Shown here: positions 10,499-17,728 of the stretch, piece after piece
Layout: every line of letters begins with the position of its first letter
Position numbering within the stretch: position 1 is the stretch's first letter
DNA from: Sphingomicrobium sp.
Lineage (GTDB): Bacteria; Pseudomonadota; Alphaproteobacteria; Sphingomonadales; Sphingomonadaceae
Assembly (NCBI GenBank): GCA_035514495.1
Contig: DATKAY010000183.1
Location: forward strand, 1-45,989
Direction: 5' to 3'
DNA length: 45,989 nucleotides
Made by a program: the position numbers and the translations under genes
Notes under the pieces: generated by a model
Told to the model about the DNA's origin: nothing
Databases searched by the model: none
The model's input: only the letters and a program-made list of their open reading frames with translations

Positions 10499-10921
10499 CT
10501 AGCGCGGATTGGGCACCAGACGACTGAATTTCATGATTCGGCAAGTCGCCCCCATTCGCGAGCGGATCGCGTCGCGTTTGGCGCAGATTTTCCGGTCTTC
10601 CGAGCTCAAGTAGAAGCCTTCGTAGAAATCCAGCGCCGGGCAGTCAGCCGAAAACTCGGCCCGAAGCAGCCGCCGGCCCGAAAGGATGAGGTTGACATGA
10701 TCGCCTCCCGACAGGAAGGCGCCCCGTATGCTGCCGGCGGCGATGCAGTTGGGCCCGTCACGCTCGACCCATTCGAGCTCGCGCGGGACGGGACGGACGG
10801 GAATGCGCAGGATAATCTCGTTTTCCATCACGATGCTGCGCACTCGAGGGCCTTCGCCAGGCGCCTCGAAGCCGATTCCGAACAGCATTGGAAGCAAGGT
10901 GAGAAAAAGGTTGATTGTCAC
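10499..10921 (-). CDS. Hypothetical secreted four-Cys protein (possibly DUF6491-like)
   Basis: Hydrophobic N-terminus, four Cys (NC..DCPALDF..ICA..TC); fills the gap between helicase and sapC. Confidence 0.65.
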   Translation of the reverse strand: MTINLFLTLLPMLFGIGFEAPGEGPRVRSIVMENEIILRIPVRPVPRELEWVERDGPNCIAAGSIRGAFLSGGDHVNLILSGRRLLRAEFSADCPALDFYEGFYLSSEDRKICAKRDAIRSRMGATCRIMKFSRLVPNPR

Positions 10922-11100
10922 TCGTTATGGCCCCGATTCAGCGCCAGCACTCGCAGGCGGGCGTTGAACAATCAATGAACTCGCCCGACTTAGGCGGAAG
11001 AACGGTTGCGAAAGCATCTGGCCTTGCATAATGCGGCGCCCACATTGCGGCACGATGGCGCCAGCCGATCGAAAGCCTAAGTACCACCCGGGAGATTCCA

Positions 11101-11895
11101 ATGGCGACCGAAGCGCCGACGCAGCCGTCACAACAACTGCCGCTCCTCTATTCCGCTCTCGAGCCACTGAGCTCGACAGTCCACGGCAAGATGAAAATCC
11201 GAGGGATCGACAGTGCCCCGGAGGTCGCAAAGGCTCATGCGATTCCGGCAACCGTGGATGAATTCACGCTTCTGGCGCGCCACTACCCGATCATCTTCGC
11301 GTTCGGCGACAATCCGCTCCCGCTGGCTCTGATGGGTCTTAGCGAGGGCAACAACCTGTTCCTGGACAAGGACGGAAAGCCGATCGACGAACATCTCTAC
11401 GTCCCGGCCTATATTCGCCGCTATCCGTTTCTTCTCGCCAAGCTTCAGCCCGACAGCGACGAATTGTCGCTGTGCTTCGACCCCACGCCCGGCGCCATCG
11501 GCGATCTCGAGGAAGGCGATGCGCTGTTCGAGGAAAACGGCGAGCCCAGCGAAGCGACCAAGGCGATCCTGCAATTCTGCGAGCAGTTCGAAGCCGCCGG
11601 CCAGCGCACCGGAGCCTTTATCTCGGACCTGCAGAAGAGCGGGCTGTTGATGGACGGTGAAGTGTCGATCGACCTTCCCGGGGCGCCCCAGCCGTTCGTC
11701 TATCGGGGCTTCCAGATGGTCGACGAGGAGAAGCTTCGCGAGCTGCCCGGCGATCAGTTGAGGAAGTACAACAAGAGCGGGCTGCTGCCGCTTATCTACA
11801 CGCACCTCATTTCGCTGTCGCTGATCCGCGACCTGTTCGCCCGCCAGTTTCAGCAAGGCGGCGTTCCGGAGCCGCAGCAGCCCGCCGAAGCGTGA
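11101..11895 (+). CDS. SapC family protein
   Basis: DEF....RHYPIIF, LALMGL..G.NLFL, YVPAYIRRYPF, GFQMVDEEKL motifs; GGAGA RBS. Confidence 0.88.
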   Translation: MATEAPTQPSQQLPLLYSALEPLSSTVHGKMKIRGIDSAPEVAKAHAIPATVDEFTLLARHYPIIFAFGDNPLPLALMGLSEGNNLFLDKDGKPIDEHLYVPAYIRRYPFLLAKLQPDSDELSLCFDPTPGAIGDLEEGDALFEENGEPSEATKAILQFCEQFEAAGQRTGAFISDLQKSGLLMDGEVSIDLPGAPQPFVYRGFQMVDEEKLRELPGDQLRKYNKSGLLPLIYTHLISLSLIRDLFARQFQQGGVPEPQQPAEA

Positions 11896-11993
11896 GCTGT
11901 CGCTCCGGGACGACGTGATCTGGCGGCGCCGCTTACCAATTCGAACGGCGGTCCGACGGCCCTTGGGATAGTCCCCTTCCCCGGCCCCGCCGG

Positions 11994-12035
11994 GCCCGCT
12001 CCGCTTCGCTGAAAGCGGGCGTTCTTCGTCATTTT
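11994..12035 (+). terminator. Hairpin between convergent sapC and amidohydrolase genes, likely terminator
   Basis: GCCCGCT(11994-12000)/AGCGGGC(12014-12020) stem followed by the T-rich gttcttcgtcattttg. Confidence 0.5.
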
Positions 12036-12040
12036 GTTCG

Positions 12041-12916
12041 TTATTCGGCCGCCGCCGCCGCCCTGCGATCGAGGAGCAGCGCGCCAAGCCGGAGCGCAAG
12101 CTTCTCGATCAGCTCCGAGATCCGGTCGAAGTCGCCGCCCGGCTCTCCGGAGGACCCAAGGTAGCAGCGCCGGTCTATTTCGATCTGAAGCGCATGGACT
12201 TGGCTGTTCGGCGACCCGTGACGGTCGAGAATATGACCGCCCGCGAACGGGTCGTTCGCTGCCGGTGCAAAGCCCGACTCCCGGGCGATCGCCAGCGCCT
12301 CGGCAATGACCCAGGGCGCCGCGCTCCGGCCGAAGCGATCGCCGAACACGATTTCGGTCGGGTTTTTCGACGGCGGCATCGAATGGCAGTCGAGAAGGAG
12401 CGCGCATCCGAAGCGGTCGACGAGCAGGGAGAGCTGGGCCTCGAGCGCTTGGTGATAGGGCCGGTAGGCTTCGTCAAGGCGCCTCTCGAGCTCTTCGCTC
12501 GCTATCGGCCGGCGCCACAGATGCCCATGGGCGGCCGTTCGCGAGGGGATGATGCCAAGGCCGCCACGGGCGCGCGGGCTGAGCCGGGATCTAGCGGCGA
12601 GGTGGACGAGGGCGGGATCGATCTCGTCCTCGGCCCGATTGCAGTCGACGGCAGCCCGCGGCGCCTGGGCGATCACCGCGGCCGCTCCATTCCCCAGCGC
12701 TCGCCAGACCAGCCGGTCGACGAACGGGTCTTCGAGGGGCTGGAGCGATGCCAGGCCGCGCCGAGCCTGCGAAAGCAGCCAGTCGGGATAGTCGCGGCCC
12801 GAATGCGGCACCGACAGCACCACCGGCAGCTTCCCGCGCGGCGGGTGGACGATGGGGGGAGGAAGTGGGCTCACGGGCAACTGTCCCAGATTAGGACCGA
12901 CACAGGGCAGGTGCAA
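12041..12916 (-). CDS. N-formylglutamate amidohydrolase family protein (start uncertain, possibly GTG 12874)
   Basis: VVLSVPHSGRDYP, EDPFVD, PRA..DCNR, YRPYH, LLDCHSMP, GDRFG, NDPFAGG, HALQIEIDR. Confidence 0.9.
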   Translation of the reverse strand: MHLPCVGPNLGQLPVSPLPPPIVHPPRGKLPVVLSVPHSGRDYPDWLLSQARRGLASLQPLEDPFVDRLVWRALGNGAAAVIAQAPRAAVDCNRAEDEIDPALVHLAARSRLSPRARGGLGIIPSRTAAHGHLWRRPIASEELERRLDEAYRPYHQALEAQLSLLVDRFGCALLLDCHSMPPSKNPTEIVFGDRFGRSAAPWVIAEALAIARESGFAPAANDPFAGGHILDRHGSPNSQVHALQIEIDRRCYLGSSGEPGGDFDRISELIEKLALRLGALLLDRRAAAAAE

Positions 12917-12976
12917 CGCTCTGCCTCGTCATTCGCTTCTGGCAAAAGCCGATCGATCAGCGCATGATGGGGACCG

Positions 12977-13354
12977 ATGCCACGAATCCTTCTTGCCGAA
13001 GACGATACGTCGATGCGCGAATACTTGCAGCGCGCTCTGCAGCGCGTCGGTTATGAAGTCGAAGCCGTCGGCTGCGGAACGGAGGCGATCCCGCTTCTCG
13101 AGGCCGGGCGCTACGACCTTCTCCTGACCGACATCGTGATGCCGGAAATGGACGGAATCGAGCTCGCGCAGAAGGCTTCGGCCATCGACCCGCAGATCCG
13201 GGTGATGTTCATCACCGGCTTTGCTGCGGTGGCGCTTCAGAGCGGGCGCGCCGCGCCGGAGGCCAAGATGCTCTCCAAGCCCTTCCACCTCAAGGATTTG
13301 GTCGCCGAGGTGGATCGCATCTTCCAGAGCGAGGACCAGCACGGCCGCCTCTAG
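12977..13354 (+). CDS. cpdR: Single-domain response regulator CpdR
   Basis: RILLAEDD.SMR.YL, DLLLTDIVMPEMDGIELA, VMFITGFAAV, LSKPFHLKDLV.EV; amidohydrolase-cpdR-tRNA-Val order typical of alphaproteobacteria. Confidence 0.93.
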   Translation: MPRILLAEDDTSMREYLQRALQRVGYEVEAVGCGTEAIPLLEAGRYDLLLTDIVMPEMDGIELAQKASAIDPQIRVMFITGFAAVALQSGRAAPEAKMLSKPFHLKDLVAEVDRIFQSEDQHGRL

Positions 13355-13410
13355 CGGGCGTGCTCGGCCGCCTCTAGCGGACGTGCTCGGGCGCTTGTAG
13401 CGGAGGTGCT
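13342..13410 (+). repeat. Three tandem 23-bp repeats spanning the cpdR stop codon
   Basis: CGGCCGCCTCTAGCGGGCGTGCT / CGGCCGCCTCTAGCGGACGTGCT / CGGGCGCTTGTAGCGGAGGTGCT. Confidence 0.9.
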
Positions 13411-13464
13411 CGAGGCTGATCAGGACGGCCGTCGCCGCCGGGCTTGATTGCCTTTCAAGAAGAC

Positions 13465-13493
13465 TTGCAGCCGAACCCGCTGCTCTCTACATC
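13465..13493 (+). promoter_or_regulatory. Putative sigma70 promoter of tRNA-Val
   Basis: TTGCAG-N17-TACATC, 11 nt upstream of the tRNA. Confidence 0.5.
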
Positions 13494-13504
13494 GCCGGCC
13501 GGGT

Positions 13505-13579
13505 GGGCGTGTAGCTCAGTGGTAGAGCACTGTGTTGACATCGCAGGGGTCGCAAGTTCAATCCTTGCCACGCCCACCA
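13505..13579 (+). tRNA. tRNA-Val (GAC)
   Basis: GGGCGTG/CACGCCC acceptor stem, TAGCTCAGTGGTAGAGC D arm, CTGTG-TTGACAT-CGCAG anticodon arm, GTTCAATC T loop, encoded CCA. Confidence 0.97.
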
Positions 13580-13734
13580 TTTCTTTTCAGGGAAACGTAT
13601 ACCGGGCGCGACCGTCAGACGGAGGCGCGAGAAGCTCGGCCGGGGCTGACCGTCCCTTCAGGCTTTAAGTTGGAGAATTGTCCGGAACGGCAGGTATTGC
13701 ACCGGTCCGGCGCCGAAGCCGCCGAGCGGAGCGC

Positions 13735-14031
13735 TCAAACAGCGTATCGCGCGAAACCAAGCTGCCTCACGTCCTTTTCCGCGGGCTCATCGGACAACCC
13801 CAAAGTTATGATGTGCACGCCATCCTCGCGGACGACGTGAAGGTGGGGAGTGTCAAGGCTCAACGGGCGCTCGGGAAGCGGCCGCGCCCCATGCGAGGTT
13901 TCCGCGCATTGAGTGGCTTCGCTGTCATTTTGAAAGGTGCCGCCCTCGACATGAACGTAGGTGCCGTCCTGCCAGACATAGAAATTGTAACGAGCGGTCG
14001 TTGGTGGCCGTTTGCGAAAACGCCAGAGCAT
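13735..14031 (-). CDS. Small hypothetical protein, DUF6894-like
   Basis: RYNFYV..DG....EG..F....EA...A...LHVVREDG..IITL resembles the RYFFH..DG..EG..A..V.DE.G pattern. Confidence 0.5.
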   Translation of the reverse strand: MLWRFRKRPPTTARYNFYVWQDGTYVHVEGGTFQNDSEATQCAETSHGARPLPERPLSLDTPHLHVVREDGVHIITLGLSDEPAEKDVRQLGFARYAV

Positions 14032-14259
14032 CTGCTCATTCCCCTCAACGCGGATTAACCTTGGTCAAGCTGACGCTAGGCGTCGCTCATCCGCGCTAGC
14101 AACCGCATAAAGAACCGATTTGGTGCTAATTCGCCGGTTGAACGCGAGCGGCGCAGCGGACAGAATCCGAGCCCGGAGCGGCGGCAACTCTGGAGCTGAC
14201 ACTCGGCTTCACTGCACTGTTGCGCGAGGAGCTGGAGAGGGTCGTGTGGTCGGTGCAGC

Positions 14260-15633
14260 GTGACTAATGAAATCCCGACCGGGGGACGGGCCCGAACCCG
14301 CTCGGCGCACTGGCGCGTGCGCGATCTGTGGTCCGACAAGCCGTTCGCGGTCGCCGCCGCGTTCTTCATCGTCGCGTTCGCGCTCGGGGGCGCGGGTACA
14401 CATTACCCGTTGCTCGAAATGGTCGTCGAACTCACGGCTCTCGTCGTCCTTTTCTACTTCGCCGCCGTCTATCGCTGGGGAAGGCCGGACCGAACGGCGG
14501 CGCTCGGACTGTTCGCACTGCTGCTGGTCTGCCTGTTGCCCCTCGCCCAGCTCGTTCCGCTTCCGCCCGAGCTGTGGCAGGGGCTGCCGGGGCGCGAGAG
14601 ACCCCAGCAGGTGCTCCGACTGATCGGCGCGGACCAGTCATGGATGCCGCTGACCCTCGACCGGGAAGCCAGCTGGCGTTCGTTCCTGGCCTTGCTGCCG
14701 GGCGTGGCGGCCTTCGTGGCGGGCCTGGCGCTGGGCGAGCGCAACCGGCTCCGGTTGGTGTTCGTGATCCTTTCGTTCGCGGCGCTCAGCGCGTTACTCG
14801 GTGCGCTGCAGATTGCCTTCGGGGCATCGGCCGCACTCTATGAATCCGGCCACAGTGGGCTTGCGACGGGGCTTTTCACGAACAGAAATCATCAAGCCGT
14901 CTTTCTGAACCTGGCCATCATCCTGTCCGGTGCGATGGGCGGGCTCGACCGTTCGGCGGGATTGCGCAGGCCGATCGCCATCGCCTTGATCCTTCTGTTT
15001 GCCGCAGCGGCCCTGGCGACAAAGTCGCGAACTGGAGCGGCGCTTCTGGTGATTGCGGTTCCGATCGCGCTGCTGATGCTCGCCCGCGCAAGACTGAAGC
15101 CGGCGCAGGCCCTGATGATCGCCGGGGCCGGAGTGCTCGCTCTTGGCGCGCTCCTGTTCACGACTACTGCGGGCGAGGTCGTGCTGGGCAGGTTCGACTC
15201 CGCGGATGATCCCCGCTTCTCCTACTGGAAGGATGTCTGGGCGGCGATCGCCCAATACTGGCCGGCCGGTTCCGGCTTTGGCACCTTCGCCGTTGTCTAC
15301 CAGTCGTTCGAGCCGCTCTCGAGTGTGAGCCCGGCATTCGTGAACCACGCGCACAACGACTATCTCGAACTGCTCCTCGAAGGGGGTCTGCCTGCTCTCG
15401 TCGTGGCGGGTCTTGCCGTCGGTGCGCTCTCGGTCGCCGCATGGAGATCGATCAGGGAGCCTGAGCAGGGGGGGCAGCGCAGTCTCGCTGCAGCCGGTGC
15501 GCTTGGGCTGCTTGTGCTGCTCGCCCATTCCCTAGTCGATTACCCGATGCGCATGCTGTCACTGATAGCGCTATTCGGCTTCCTCGCGGCCTTGCTGTTC
15601 AACCCTGCCGCAGCCTGGGCGAAGGGCAGGTGA
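14260..15633 (+). CDS. O-antigen ligase family (Wzy_C/WaaL-like) membrane protein
   Basis: Many hydrophobic segments; GLFTNRNH, TKSRTG, GSGFGTF, HAHNDYLE..LEGG, HSLVDYPMR motifs. Confidence 0.88.
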   Translation: MTNEIPTGGRARTRSAHWRVRDLWSDKPFAVAAAFFIVAFALGGAGTHYPLLEMVVELTALVVLFYFAAVYRWGRPDRTAALGLFALLLVCLLPLAQLVPLPPELWQGLPGRERPQQVLRLIGADQSWMPLTLDREASWRSFLALLPGVAAFVAGLALGERNRLRLVFVILSFAALSALLGALQIAFGASAALYESGHSGLATGLFTNRNHQAVFLNLAIILSGAMGGLDRSAGLRRPIAIALILLFAAAALATKSRTGAALLVIAVPIALLMLARARLKPAQALMIAGAGVLALGALLFTTTAGEVVLGRFDSADDPRFSYWKDVWAAIAQYWPAGSGFGTFAVVYQSFEPLSSVSPAFVNHAHNDYLELLLEGGLPALVVAGLAVGALSVAAWRSIREPEQGGQRSLAAAGALGLLVLLAHSLVDYPMRMLSLIALFGFLAALLFNPAAAWAKGR

Positions 15634-16844
15634 AATCCGGGGCTTTCCGCTGGCTTGGCATCGTCGCTGCAGCCGCAGTCGCAGCAGTCCTGGGCTACAA
15701 GAGCCTGGCGATTCATCTGGCCGCTCGCGCAACGAGTTCGGAGAATGTGGCCCTGGCCGCTCCGGTCGTTTCCCATTCGGCCGAGGCTGCGTCATGGATC
15801 GCGATGCTTCATCTTGCCCAGGGGCAGGCGGGCGCAGCGGAAGACATGGCTAGGCTTTCCCTTCGGACCAGCCCGATCAATCCTCGCGCCATTTCCGTGC
15901 TCGCCGCAGTCAGCCATGCTCAAGGCGACAAAATGGCCGCCGCGCAGCTACTCTCGCTCGCCACATCGGCAGGCTGGCGCGAACCGCTTGTCCAGTACTG
16001 GATCCTGAGTGCCGCTCTTGAAGCCGGCCAGCCCGAACTGGCGGCCGAGCGCGCGGACGCGCTTCTTCGGCAGGGAGTGAGCGAGGACCAGGTCGTCGCG
16101 CATTTGCGGCAATTGCTTGCTACTCCGCAGGGCAGGAGCGCAGTCGCCGCCCGGCTCGCCGACCATCCGATGTGGAGAAGCCGATTGCTCAGGCAGCTAT
16201 CGGATTTGAGTCCGCCTCAGCTCCGAGCGCATTCCCAATTGCTCCTGGCAATGCGTTCGGCCGGGGTGGAGCCCAGGCCCGAGGAAATCGCTTCGCTGGT
16301 GCGCCGACTGATGGATACCGGCGACTTCCAACGGGCTCGAGACGTCTGGACCGCACTGGTCGAAGACGGGCGACGCACGCTCGTCCACGACGGGAGTTTC
16401 GAGGCTCTGGGTGATCGAACGGCACGCGAAACAGCCGCCTTCGAATGGACCATGACCGATCCGCTCGGCATCCGCGCGGCGGTCGAGCTGCCGCCACGGC
16501 CTTTGGCGGGCCGGGCGGTTCGAGTTTCGGCCGAAGGGGGTGCGGCCGGAGTTTTCCTGGAGCAAAGCGTCGTTCTTCTCCCTGGGCATTACTCGCTGGA
16601 ACTGGCAACCCTCGAAGCTGAAGGCGCGGAGCTCAGGACCCTCAGGCCGCGCCTCCAATGTGTCGGCGGCCCGTCCATTTCGCCTCGGTTCCTGGGCGCT
16701 GCCGGCGCCGGCTGGTCCAGGCTCCACTTTCGCTTCGAAGTGCCGGCCGGCTGTCCGGCTCAGCGGCTCGGTCTTGGATTGAGCGGTGAAGGCGCCGGGC
16801 GCGTCGGATTGTGGCTCGACGAGGTTTCGATCAGCGCCCTGTGA
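15630..16844 (+). CDS. Membrane-anchored TPR-like protein with C-terminal CBM4/9-like jelly-roll domain
   Basis: N-terminal hydrophobic helix; helical repeats (A..AL...P.N..A); C-terminal LVHDGSFE..FEW..EQ...PGHY..W..F.VP..C..WLDEVSI; GTGA overlap with the ligase gene. Confidence 0.65.
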   Translation: MKSGAFRWLGIVAAAAVAAVLGYKSLAIHLAARATSSENVALAAPVVSHSAEAASWIAMLHLAQGQAGAAEDMARLSLRTSPINPRAISVLAAVSHAQGDKMAAAQLLSLATSAGWREPLVQYWILSAALEAGQPELAAERADALLRQGVSEDQVVAHLRQLLATPQGRSAVAARLADHPMWRSRLLRQLSDLSPPQLRAHSQLLLAMRSAGVEPRPEEIASLVRRLMDTGDFQRARDVWTALVEDGRRTLVHDGSFEALGDRTARETAAFEWTMTDPLGIRAAVELPPRPLAGRAVRVSAEGGAAGVFLEQSVVLLPGHYSLELATLEAEGAELRTLRPRLQCVGGPSISPRFLGAAGAGWSRLHFRFEVPAGCPAQRLGLGLSGEGAGRVGLWLDEVSISAL

Positions 16845-16877
16845 ATCGAGCGCTCGCTGTCGGGGCGAGCCCCATTA

Positions 16878-16892
16878 CCGGGAAAATCCCGG
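16878..16892. promoter_or_regulatory. Palindromic operator CCGGGA-AAA-TCCCGG, copy 1 (upstream of wza)
   Basis: Identical 15-mer also at 32846-32860; both copies intergenic. Confidence 0.65.
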
Positions 16893-17000
16893 ATCGCATT
16901 TACCACTGGACCGACTACCCTTGGCCGCCGCCGACACCTCTGCGCATGCAGCGGGCAGGCGGAGTAGATGAGCAGCTTGGCGCGAAGGCTCGGGGGTAAG

Positions 17001-17699
17001 ATGCTTAGGTTTTCGATGATGCTGCTGGCCGCCGCCGCTCTGTCGGCTTGCGCCAACGGTTCGAGGATTTCTTCGAACGTTCCCCGGGGCGCCGCCGCCT
17101 ACCAGGTCATCCCGGCGTCGGCCAGCGAGCATGCGCGGCAGCAATACCGGATCGGCCCGCTCGACAGCATCAATGTGACGGTGTTCCAGGAGCCAGAGCT
17201 TTCGACGGAAGCCACCACTGTCGATGCAACCGGCAAGATCACGCTGCCGCTCATCGGTTCGATCGACGCTGCCGGCAAGACCGCTTCGGAACTTTCCTCA
17301 GAAATCGCGCAGCGGCTGGGCGAGAAATATCTCGTCGATCCGCAGGTCTCCGTCCTCGTCGCCGGTTCGGCTTCCCAGAAGGTGTCGGTCCAGGGGGAAG
17401 TGACCGAGCCCGGAGTCTATGAAATCAAGGGCCCGACGACGCTGCTGGAGGCACTGGCGATGGCCAAGGGCGAAACCCGGGTCGCCGCGCTGCGCGAAGT
17501 TGTCGTCTTTCGAACCGTTGACGGTCAGAGGCTCGGCGGGGTGTTCGACGTCGCCAGCATCCGCCGCGGCGAAGCGGCTGACCCGCAACTGCGCGGAAAC
17601 GACGTGATCGTCGTCGGCCATTCGACCGCCAAGTCGATCTGGCGCGACATCGTCACCGCAGCTCCCCTCTTCAACGTCTTTCGGCCCCTTGGGTACTAG
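17001..17699 (+). CDS. wza: Polysaccharide export OPX lipoprotein (Wza/GumB family)
   Basis: Lipobox LSAC; YRIGPLD.I.V.VF.EP.L, G.I.LPLIG.I.AAG, V.GEV..PG, TLLEALA.A.G, L...DVIVV; start 17001 or 16968. Confidence 0.9.
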   Translation: MLRFSMMLLAAAALSACANGSRISSNVPRGAAAYQVIPASASEHARQQYRIGPLDSINVTVFQEPELSTEATTVDATGKITLPLIGSIDAAGKTASELSSEIAQRLGEKYLVDPQVSVLVAGSASQKVSVQGEVTEPGVYEIKGPTTLLEALAMAKGETRVAALREVVVFRTVDGQRLGGVFDVASIRRGEAADPQLRGNDVIVVGHSTAKSIWRDIVTAAPLFNVFRPLGY

Positions 17700-17728
17700 G
17701 ACGAGCCAGGCGCAATGAAAGTGACATC

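Noticed and set aside
13342-13410. Tandem repeats as a CRISPR array
   Set aside because: Units are contiguous with no spacers, and there are no cas genes
16958-16967. ops/JUMPstart element before wza
   Set aside because: GGCGGAGTAG does not match GGCGGTAG, and no RfaH/NusG paralogue is present in the window
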